Source of the DNA: Macrostomum lignano
Taxonomy: Eukaryota
NCBI GenBank assembly: GCA_002269645.1
Contig: NIVC01004312.1
Location: 1-50,852, forward strand
Length of the DNA stretch: 50,852 bases
Reading direction: 5' to 3'
Position 1 is the first letter of the stretch. Every line of letters begins with the position of its first letter. The notes beneath the pieces are model-generated. The model had not been told where the DNA came from. It did no database searches and saw nothing but the letters and a program-made list of their open reading frames with translations. Below are positions 40,081 through 50,852 of this stretch, piece by piece. A program made the translations under genes and the position numbers.

Positions 40081-41691
40081 TTTATCTTGTTTGTATCTGG
40101 ATGTGAAACTAGCAGTCAAAAAGCTTAAGTAGTTAGTAAGTTGGCGTTCTAGGTTGTCGTCTTAGACATTCTGCTTTTAAACAAGTTCTCAAAGATTATT
40201 AACTAGTTAATAAGTCATTCCGAATTTCTGCTTATTTGGTTCTAAAAACAGATTTTGACACGAAAAACTTCGTGCTTTCGTTCATCACATGAGTCAAAAA
40301 ATATATTCTTAAGTATTCTATATAACTAACAACTAACTCATTGAGACCTAGTCATCTTTTGGGAACCAGAATATATAGTGATCCTACTAGCTGGTCCACG
40401 ACTCCACGATTACGAGTCTTTTCGGAATTTCTGGGAAATCAGTAGACTAAAAAGAATGCAAATTAAAACAACCTTTTACAAGCACTGACAAGTTTTAACG
40501 TCTTCTTCCGTAAATTTTTTTTAAATATGACCTGCCTGTCTTATATACCCGTTTAACTTATGTAGGATAAAAATGGACGTGAGAAGGTGTCTAAACAGTA
40601 GAAGTTGCACTTATCCGGGCCCGTCGAGACAATCTTATCACTAGCCTGCGCCGGAACAGAGCATATTTCAAAATTCAAGAACATGAGCTAGTTAACCATT
40701 TTTGTACGCTTTCTCAAGCAAGAATCGAGTCGTCAGCCCTCCGGACGGTCGGGATATTTCAACAATTTTGCCATCGCGGCTCCTTCAACGCAACGGCCGT
40801 GACCAGTGACTATAGACACCTTGTTGCAACTATGTCGACGTAGATCTCCGCCTACGGCGTCTTGATGACGGGCTGTATGCTTGACAGACTAATAGAGGAT
40901 TGAGGCTTGATAGCAGTTGAGGCTTGCTCACTCCAACTGTCGAGGCTTGAACAGAGACATCAGAGGAATTCGCAATAGGGTGCCCATAGTCACCTGGTGC
41001 TACCTATTGAACGTTCAGAAGGCACTCCGCCTGGGTGAAGACCAGTGACCAAAGAAGTCAGATATAATGCAGACACGTGGTTGATGTGCTGAAGAATTTG
41101 GAGGCTTGGCCAGGCCGCTCTGATGCGCAGTGATGATTGGCGCACAGGGTGTAATTATCCAATACACTAGCGCTTATAAGAAAAATTTGACCTTCATGGC
41201 AGAATTTTTCAATATCTCGACGGTCCGAAAGGCTGATGACTTGATTATTGAATTTGAGAAGGTGTGCAACAATAATTTAATTAGTCGAGTTCTTGAAGTT
41301 CGTGTTCCTGCATTTGCTCTGCGACGTTTGATTCTGTGATTACCCAAAAGTAACGGCGGTACAACAATTAACTGAAGTTATGCCTTTGAGGTCCTTGAAA
41401 CAATTAAGCTCACTTACAAATAAGATCCCCATAGAGTCCATGTATACGTACATGTACTGCCATGAAGCAATCATTTCTGCAAGTATAACATTTGAGGGGG
41501 CAATGTAGGTACATTCTATCGTGCTCTACATGTATATGAGATCTCAACTAATCAAGAATCCTGGATCTCAGCAAGGTAAGATAGTACGCTGCTATGGTAG
41601 ATCTAAACAAGGACCATTAAATATGTTACAAGCATGTATATCTAATTTAAAGTCATCATTTGATCAAAGTTGCATGGTCATACACTTATAG

Positions 41692-42077
41692 CAGGGCTCA
41701 GCAAACTCTAGTCCACGCGCCACATGCGGCCTTTTGTCTTTTGTCTTTTGAAACTTCATAATGGCAATCCGGCCCACTCAAAGTCTCTTCTCAACTCTCT
41801 GATACCTTCTCTCTCTCCTCTTTTCTCGATCCTACTTGTTTCTCTCTTCTCCCTTTTCTCTTGTTTCTCTTCTCTCCTGTCTCTCCTTTTCTATCGTTTC
41901 TCTGCTCTCCTCTCTTCTCTCATCTCTCTCACCTTTCCTCTGTTCTCTTAGCTCTTATCGCCTACTTCCTCTTCTTTCTCTTCTCTATTCCCTTCCCTCT
42001 CCTCTCTCATCCGGCCCGCAACCAATAGCAAAGGTTCTTTGCCTGGCCCTTGAGGTAAAACAGTTTGTCGACCCCTG
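41692..42077. mobile_element. hAT-type MITE with an internal CT-rich tract
   Basis: TIR CAGGGCTCAGCAAACT / AGTTTGTCGACCCCTG (13/16); CGGCCC subterminal motifs; flanks ACTTATAG / ATTCATAG (6/8). Confidence 0.7.
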
Positions 42078-43069
42078 ATTCATAGAGCTTCAATATGAGT
42101 AAAACTAAAACTCAATAGTAATTAGAAACGATGTAAGGATTCGCGAAAAAGCCATTGTCAAGCAAAATGGCAGCTTCAAAAAAGTGAATCCAAGCTTGTC
42201 AATTTTTTAATCTTAGATGAGCTGCAAACGTGCAGCATGAGTTCAAATTGACATACACGTGCTTATTACAACTTGGAAAATAACGATCGAAAATCATCAT
42301 TCCTTGACTGACAAGCTAATGTCAAGTTTACTTCAATTGGGACACAGAAGCAAAGTAAATGAAAAAAATCCCTTCAATGCGAAAACCCACCCTGAGAGTC
42401 TGATCCCAGTAGTACTCTGCAGAAGTACATCTATAAGATTGATTATGCAACGCATCTGAAAATATGGCACTTTTTTTGATAGGATGAAATTGTTTATTTG
42501 AAAGCTTACCCATCATACGTACTTGTAACATGCAAAAACATTCGATTGTCGGTATCGAATTTCACTGTCGTCTGCACGGTGTTCTTATTCCTACACGTAT
42601 CATTGGGTTGTACAAGAGAAAAAAATAATATCCGAATACAGGGTAAATGTTACAGAAATCATTTTACGTCCAAGAATATGGCAAAATTTTCCTAGCAAAT
42701 TCATTCAGTTCAATTCTGCGAAAAAAACCATGCTATTACAAAAGCATAGCAGCAAAGGGAACCGAATCTCCTCCTTACGATATAAGAACATTTAAACTCG
42801 ACGCGGTATTTTACGAGTACATCTCTGATGTCTTCTGCTGTCCCAAGTGAACGTTTCATGCTTAAGTGTTGGAGAAAAACTGACAGCCTTCAAATTGCTG
42901 GTAAAGTCAATTCCTAATTCTTATTACATGTTATGTGCTTCGGTCCCTAATGCTGTGCCAGAAGGGCGCTATATATTTGAAATTATGGGCATTAATATAG
43001 GTTTCTTAACTTTCGTATCAAAGGTGCAATTAGTCAAAAGTTCCTAGATTAAAACTTAAAGCAAAAGTC

Positions 43070-46000
43070 TCAAACAAAGCCATCCTCGTACTTAAAGTTA
43101 GAGCTGTCGGAGCCAGAATCCGAGGAACTGCCCGACTGGCCATTTTGTTTGGTTGGCGGAGGCGGCTCTGGCGGTGGCTGTTGCTGGTGATGCTGAAGCA
43201 GAATCGGCGAAGGTGGCCTCCTGTGCAATTCCATAATTGCCGACGTAATGGTTTGCTTCTTTTGTACGTTTCTATGATGTAGATCCTGCTGGTGAAACTG
43301 GTTGAACTCCGATGATGCAACAGTGTGCATCTTGAACTGTTCACGTGTCGCAGCTTCGTCGCTGTCTTCCGCACGGCAGATGTCACCAACTGACGCCGCG
43401 GCGCTGAGGCTGACCAGGGCTCGATCGTTCTCAATCACCGCGTTGTTGCCGGCGTCCTCTAGTCTGTACAGCTGCGAAGGCAGCCGACTTGTTGAGCAGG
43501 AGTCGATGGAGGCGGCCTCTTCTGCGAAGCATGAGATTGCCATTTTGTTAATTTCTTGAGCTTGTAGAAGTGTAATATACTCTGTCTTTGATGACGTAAA
43601 ATTCCAAGTTTATAAAAGTTCACTAATTGGTTTTAACTGCATCCTGAAGATAGAAAACTAAATGATCTAAAGAGCGAAGAAGAGTGAAAAAGCGCGCTCA
43701 CTCACTGTGATTAGCGTTGGTGTAGCTGCCTCCGCTGCTCGATGGCTGCTTCTTGTAATGATTTGAGTTCATGGTCAGCTTGCGCACATTCTTCTCCGGC
43801 TGGAAGAAGATAATGTACAGCTTCGGCGTGAAGAGGCACACCAGGGCCACGGAGGCCGACAGCGAGATGCTCACACATTGGGTCGTTATTTGCACCTGAA
43901 AGGAGGTTAAAAAGACATTGACTTGTTGAAGTACGCGAAGTTTAGCAGAGAAGTATGATTTGATGGATTTTTAGGTTGATAAAACATAAGAGAGCGAGTG
44001 TAGATTGATGGATTATTTTGGGTTGGTAAGAGAGCGAGTGTATATTGATTAATGGTTTGAGGTTGGTAAGAGAGCGAGTGTACACTGATGAATGGTTTGA
44101 GACTGGTAAGAGAGCGAGTGTACACTGATGAATGGTTTGAGGTTGGTATGAGAGCGAGTGTACATTGATGAATGGTTTGAGGTTGGTATGAGAGCGAATG
44201 TACATTGATGAATGGTTTGAGGTTGGTATGAGAGCGAGTGTACATTGATGAATGGTTTGAGGTTGTTAAGAGAGCGAGTGTACATTGATGAATGGTTTGA
44301 GGTTGGTATGAGAGCGAGTGTACATTGATGAATGGTTTGAGGTTGGTATGAGAGCGAGTGTACATTGATGAATGGTTTGAGGTTGGTATGAGAGCGAGTG
44401 TACATTGATGAATGGTTTGAGGTTGGTATGAGAGCGAGTGTACATTGATGAATGGTTTGAGGTTGGTATGAGAGCGAGTGTACATTGATGAATGGTTTGA
44501 GGTTGGTAAGAGAGCGAATGCAGCTGTCACACAAATCGCACAAGCAGTTGTTGGCTGTTTGTGTACCATTTTTCTGACTGTATGAGCTAGTTTTTGAATA
44601 GTCTGATTGGCTTTGGCTTGAATTCGCTGCATACAAGCAGTGAGTTAGTAGGCACAAACCTCGTACGAAGAGTGCGTGCCATAGTAAAGCGGCACAAACG
44701 CCAGCCAGATGATGCAGGTCGTGTACATGGTGAAACCGATGAACTTGGACTCGTTGAAATTCTCCGGAATACGCCGCGTCTTAATTGCATAGTAAGTGCA
44801 CACCATTATTAAGACAACATTATAGAGCAGCGACACTAAAAAGGACTTGTCATCGATTCGGCAGCGCAGGATGGCCTCCAGACGCTTCGGATGATGAATC
44901 CTGGTGCCCGATTGTTCAGCACCAGCCAGATCAGGGTGCTTACCAGCTGGACGCTGATCAGCGCCCCGCCAATCAGTAGCTGCGATCTGGGCGAAATAAA
45001 CGGTGGCCGTTTCGCGCTCCGACTTGCGGCGTCGAAAATCCTAGCGATTCGGTTGGTCTTGGCCAGCAGCGAGGAGTAGATTACGGCGAAGCCCAGCCCG
45101 ATGCCGATTCGCTGCAGGGCGCAGGTGAATCCGCTGGGCTTAGTGATGAGCAGGAATGTCATCAAGTAGCAGATGAGACAGCCGGAGAGCAGCAGGTAGC
45201 TCAGCTCCCTGCCGGAGGCCTTCACTAGTGGAGTCTCATTATACCGGATGAAGGTGGCGATCACGAAGCTGGTGGCTATGATGCCGATGGCGCTCAAAAT
45301 CATGGGCACGATGGCGTACCAGCTGCTCCAGCGCATGTAGTGCACCTGTAGATGGGATGAGTAAGCGAGCTTATCGATTAGAAATATGGAAAACTATACG
45401 TGTCGCGCATCGTTAGCACACTTTTTAGTTGACGGAGCCGCGAGATGCTCTCACTTAAGGCTAGTTGACATCGATTGTCGTAGGACAGGAAGTTTTTTAA
45501 ACTACACTGACCCTACTCACCTTAGTGTGCGTTTTATCCGAGGCTGATTGGCAAGTTTATCAATAAAAGTTTGAAAAATAATATCGGTCGAGAAAGATGC
45601 GAATTAACCTCAGAAAAACACACACAATTGCTTCATTTGCAATAGCGGAAGCTCAGGTGAGAGCTTGTCAATATCTTGTAAAATACGAAAAAATGCAAAC
45701 CACCTTATATCATTGGTAATTTTTTCTCTGCTATTTACGAGTGTAGTGGCCTTCTACTTTTGCTGCCTACGAGTATGAGTAGAATTTCACTAGAATCGTG
45801 CAGCTCTACTCCTAGTACCGATGTGCATACAGATTGATCCAAAGGTTTCGACATTGAATTTATCTTCTTTGTTGATTGCATTGAACAGCCTAAGTCATTG
45901 AATTAGCCTAAGTCATAAATATGAGATTCATTATTTTTCGCTCAACACGCTTAAAAGCAGAAGTATCACGAAGAACTTTCTTTTTCAGCATAAAAAAACC

Positions 46001-49000
46001 TGTGCGGAAAGAGAAGAAACAGATTCCAGCATCAGACGCGGGTTGCAGGGCACATTGAAGGAGCAGTATCAGGCTAAAGTGGAACTGACAACCTGCCTGA
46101 TCCAAGAACGACCCTCGAGGGCCGAATCTGACTTGACCCCCGGCCAATCCGACTCGGGACCGCCGCTCGGGACCCTTTTGACACTTTAGCCGGTGTCTGT
46201 CAAGCTAAGGGGTGTTGCGGGGTTGGGAAACCCTGTCGGCTATTTTCAGAAGTTCGGTCTGGGCAGGCACGATGAAAAGTTTCGGTGCACTTTTCTGCAA
46301 TCCTTTCCCGCGTGCCAAAAGCCCCCAGCCTCCTGATGCAGAATTTCCTATAGGGAAACGGGCCACTTTCCTGTGCGCAAACCAGAGCTGATTCCCTCTC
46401 CGCTTCTCTTCAAGTCCCGCTCTGCTGGCACAAAGTTTCCTATTTCTCCTCTTATCTCTTCATCATTCTCAGCTGCCTTTCTCATTCTATCTCTGACTCT
46501 TATCTTGGATTGTCACCCACGGTAGCGAGATGGAGACTCCAGGTGCGGGATGGAGAGGTGGTTAAAGACCGTTGACGGAACTTCCCGGGCCTCAGGTAGT
46601 TAATCCGCCCAGGGTAAGGATTTGGACCAGCCATCCATAAGGCTGTCAGACAGTAAAGTCCAAAGTCGAAAAATGAAGAAAAATAATTGAGCAATTAAGC
46701 TGTCGAAAAGGAAAGTCAATTAGTAATCAGGGAGACAGAAGAGAGAAGGGAGCAGTTGGTATTCTTTATAGACATTTACATGAATTTTTGCCAAATGAAA
46801 ATTTTCTCTGACCTTGGGGATATCCAAAGATAATTTCAGGAAGATTTCTTAGTGATTTTCTTTCTTGACAGCTTCGACAATTTGTTAGAGAAAAATCCGA
46901 TTTCTAGAGAGCATAACGTTTTAACAAACACGTTGAAATGAGCAGTCAGCATCTCTAAACTAGAGAAAAATGCTTCCGATTTCATCTAAAAAAAAACAAA
47001 AAAACTTCGAGCCAGCTAAAAACAGCTTTTTTGTTTCTACTTTGCCCATTCAATACAGTCACAATTAGCCATCATTGGCTTTGTGGCTTTGAGATTGCAA
47101 TCGGAACACACAGCGGCGCTTATCTTTCCATCTCAGGTTACTTCATTATGAGCTTAAAATAGTTTAGTCGGTGTTTGAGCTCACCAGTTTTTCAGTTTTC
47201 CTGGTGTCCTTGCTTTGCATAGGGGCGTCGCCATTGATTTTATGGTGTGTGGGTGGACAAAGCCAAGACTAAATTCCTGCATTATTTTGAGAATCGGTGT
47301 TGATAGCACTCATTTTGGCGCCTCAGGCACTCATTTTGGTGCCGCAGGAACTCATTTTTGCGCCGCAGGCACTCATTTTGGCGCCGCAGGCACTCATTTT
47401 GGTGCCGCAGGCACTCATTTTGGCGCCGCAGGCACTCATTTTGGCGCCGCAGGCACTCATTTTGGCGCCGCAGGCACTTATTTTGGCGCCGCAGGAACTC
47501 ATTTTGGTGCCGCAGGCACTCATTTTGGCGTCGCCGGCACTCATTTTGGCGCCGCAGGCACTCATTTTAGCGTCGCCGGCACTCATTTAGCGCCGCCGGC
47601 ACTCATTTTGGCGCCTCAGGCACTCATTTTGGCGCCCTAAAGCAAAATTATTGATTTCCATAACATAGCTTTTACTGGGGGGGGGGCATGCCCCCTGTCC
47701 CCCGCGACGCCCCTGGCTTTTACATTCCTTTTGCCATTTAACTGATTCAAGGAGACCATAAAGCTGGAATCTGGAATGACAACTACTAACTAAACGGTTT
47801 GATCTCTAGACAATTAACTGCATAGGCGTAGGAACGGGGGACAGTGGGCCATGGCACCCCCATTATTTAAATTGGGGGGGGGCAGTAATGGTATCTGGCC
47901 CCTCCCCATTTTAAATGCAAAATGTAGACTTTTTGCTTATTTTTTACTTTTATTTCTGGTTTTTGCTGCTTTGCATGAATGCATTTTGCTGCAGGACGAC
48001 AAAACATAGCGCCTGCGGCGCCAAAATGAGTGCCTGCGGTGCAAAAATGAGTGCCGGCGGCACCAAAATGAGTGCCTGCGGCGCCAAAATGAGTGCCTGC
48101 GGCGCCAAAATGAGTGCCTGTGGCGCCAAAATGAGTGCCTGCGGCGCCAAAATAAGTGCCTGCGGCGCCAAAATGAGTGCCTGCGGCGCTAAAATGAGTT
48201 CCTGCGGCGCCAAAATGAGTGCCTGCGGCGCCAAAATAAATGCCTGCGGCGCCAAAATGAGTGCCTGCGGCGCCAAAATGAGTGCTGACAACACCGATTC
48301 TGAAAATAATTGGTATATGATAATGTGCATTTTCCATATAAAAAACATCTGTGCGCCCCCCCCCCCCTTAAATCCGCCACTGAACCTGGCCGCCCACTTT
48401 TTGAAACGTTCCTACGCCTATGACTGACTGACTGCAGTTCTTCAGTTCACACACAAAAGATAGGTGAGAGTTTCTCTATAATCTTTTACTAAAGTTATCA
48501 AAAGCTTGGTTATTTGTTTTGATTCCAAATTAGCTCATTGCAGCTATGGTGTCAAACGCTCTCGCAAGCATTTCTCATTCTTCTAGCTATACTCGACTCA
48601 GAGAGCCCCGCTTTTTTCCCGAGTACGAGCCACGACATGATTTATTCAGGTCTTGCCATTCTGCTGCGTTATACGATATCGCATACGAGAGATGCAACTC
48701 AACCAACGAACAAAAAGGTGTGTTGCTTTTTATTGCTCACATCGTTAATCACAGCGATGCCGCGTATAAGGAAGGAGAGAAAAGTACAACCCAGGAAATG
48801 CCTCGAGCACTTCGGGCCACTTTCTTATCGAGAAGATAGTAAAATAACGCTTAATTCATGCGACAATGCAATCTCGATTCAATTCATTCAGAAAATCATT
48901 GTAGAATTGCTGACTTCATTGATGGACAACAAAAATAAACTCAGGGATTGGATTTAGGCCCCTTAATGCAATTAGGTTATTTAACCTTGTTAATCTTGTT

Positions 49001-50022
49001 ATATAGTAATAAGCCGCTGCAACCTGGCAGGTGTCACAGAATCCATCAAGTCACTGAATCCATCATTATCAAGTGATAGAATCTATCAAGTCACTGAACC
49101 ATCATCATCAAGTGACAGAATCCATCAAGTCACTGAATCCATCAAGTCAGTGAATCCATCAAGTCACTGAATCCATCAAGTCACTGAATCCATCAAGTCA
49201 GTGAATCCATCAAGTCAGTGAATCCATCAAGTCACTGAATCCATCAAGTCACTGAATCCATCAAATCAGTAAATCCATCAAGTCAGTGAATCCATCAAGT
49301 CAGTGAATCCATCAAGTCAGTGAATCCATCAAGTCACTGAATCCATCAAGTCACTGAATCCATCAAGTCAGTGAATCCATCAAGTCAGTGAATCCATCAG
49401 GTCACTGAATTTATCAGGTCACTGAATCCATCAGGTCACTGAATCCATCAGGTCACCGAATCCATCAAGTCAGTGAATCCATCAAGTCACTGAATCCATC
49501 AAGTCACTGAATCCATCAAGTCACTGAATCCATCAAGTCACTGAATCCATCAAGTCACTGAATCCATCAGGTCACTGAATCCATCAGGTCACTGAATCCA
49601 GCAGTACAGCAGAATACTCAATAATATGTCTCACATGCAACGGCACGCAGGCGGTCCTGTCAGCCGTCGGTCCTTCATCCGCGCCGCAGTCCACGCAGTC
49701 GTCCTTAGCGTCTGTAGTTCGCTGATGCGGCTGACAATCGGCACAGGTCCAGCAGCACTTGTCTTTATTGGCGCCCTTATTGGAGTACATCTTCTTCTGG
49801 CCGATGGCGCACTCTTCGCTGCACCGGGAAATTGGCACGTCGAGATAGCCGCCGGTCCAGTAGATCTCGTTTGTCCAGGCCAGACCGGTGCCTTGCGCCA
49901 TTCGCCAACGCGGGTGCATAGTCCCAGTGCTTGTTCTCACGGTCTCGCCGATAGTTTGTAGATTTTATAGGTGCCGATACCGTCGCCCGCCTTGGTGAAT
50001 TGTACTTTTCTATTTGCCGAAT
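43070..50022 (-). CDS. Metabotropic glutamate receptor (class C GPCR), 3' part; exons 50022-49635, 45345-44660, 43895-43706, 43560-43070; upstream exons not found in the window
   Basis: GDGIGTYKIY, cysteine-rich domain (SRCSEEC...CCWTC), 7TM with VKASGRELSY, KTNRIARIF, IKTRRIPENFNESKFIGFTMYTTCIIWLAFVP, PKLYII..PEKNVRK. Contains indels at ~44917 and ~49890-49957. Confidence 0.93.
43985..44518. repeat. 40-bp intronic minisatellite
   Basis: (AGAGCGAGTGTACATTGATGAATGGTTTGAGGTTGGTATG)n. Confidence 0.96.
47218..47715. mobile_element. MITE-like element with an internal 21-bp array (GGCGCCGCAGGCACTCATTTT)n
   Basis: Inverted AGGGGCGTCGC ends; G-run/C-run subterminal hairpin; no clear TSD. Confidence 0.6.
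47821..48422. mobile_element. 602-bp MITE with the same 21-bp array in the opposite orientation
   Basis: Perfect 16-bp TIR CATAGGCGTAGGAACG; ACTG directly repeated on both flanks. Confidence 0.8.
49045..49600. repeat. 17-bp intronic minisatellite (GAATCCATCAAGTCACT)n
   Basis: Direct inspection. Confidence 0.96.
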
Positions 50023-50852
50023 CTGTGATTGTTTCAGTTTGTTGTTATATTCTTCTTCTGTCTGATCTGTAGATTCACAAGCTCGAAACTTCCCCAGCTC
50101 GAAGCTTCCCAAGCTTAAAACTCTCCCCCAGCTAAAAACTTTCTTAAGTATTTTTAAGCTGCATAGACGCTTGGTGGCGTTCTAACTTTTGTGATTGTGT
50201 AAACGTTTTAAAACACGCAAAGCTTAGTTATGTACTTCTATTTCAGCAAAAGTCCTTGCAATGGCATTGACAGAATAGCCATGTAGCTAGTAGTATTCTT
50301 CTTAGTATAAAACGTGTCTCATACGGACTCAGGGCAATCATGCAAGTACCGCTTGTAATAGCGGATACGAAAGTTACTTGTACTTGTATTTGAGCCTCGA
50401 AAATTATTACACGGAGGTCTTGCCGAACCATTTAATCTTTAATGAGTACTTCAGCTCCACTTTGTAATGAGTATTTCTATATGATATGCGAATTATCTTT
50501 CTATAGCTAGCTACAGTCTAGGAACAAAATTTTCAGGGAATTCAGCAATGGTAATAATCAGAAATAATTTTCTTTAGCGATTAACAATTGGCTTAACCGT
50601 GTTAAAGGTGTTCGTCCGTTAAAGCATAAATTTCCCTTGTATATTCGTTAGCTAAAGAAGAAAATTTTGAACGTTAAACTTAAGCGAAGATATAATAAAT
50701 AAACAATGCGGTAAAGTGAGAACTCTGGAGTCAACAAGTTATTTCATCGGTGGTTTAAATTTTCAACCTCTAGTGTACATTAGGCTCCCTTCCCTTCCTG
50801 CTCGCATGTACATACCCTAGCCCAGCCCGCCTACTGAGGGGTGTGGCTGGCT

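Noticed and set aside
40620-41340. Coding-like GC content upstream of ERCC2
   Set aside because: Stops interrupt the frames I translated and there is no identifiable family; possibly a relic.
48538-48957. Two overlapping plus-strand ORFs
   Set aside because: Intronic, non-ATG starts, no motif I can support.

Overview
Eukaryotic animal genomic DNA: spliced genes with GC-rich exons and introns packed with micro- and minisatellites. The style suggests a flatworm such as Macrostomum, which is inference only. Positions 1-7351 are the AT-rich right part of a Polinton/Maverick (adintovirus-like) element. It carries a protein-primed PolB with an EndoVII/HNH insert, a pX-like core polyprotein, a pVI-like membrane-lytic protein, small orphan ORFs and an AGTAGT-tipped terminal inverted repeat. 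The host part holds a two-exon secreted neuropeptide-like precursor missed by the ORF track, an R7BP/R9AP-like gene with an upstream RFX X-box array, complete SPTLC1 and ERCC2/XPD genes, and the 3' part of a metabotropic glutamate receptor gene. It also holds an LTR with a triplicated tRNA-Leu PBS and several MITEs. The most unusual signal is a set of modular GC-rich mini-hairpin cassettes: two are inserted in frame in the viral polymerase, one is nested in another, and one module recurs in a host MITE. Single-base indels, mostly in homopolymer runs, break both viral and host ORFs, so most frameshifts are probably assembly errors. All exon and frameshift coordinates were read by hand.
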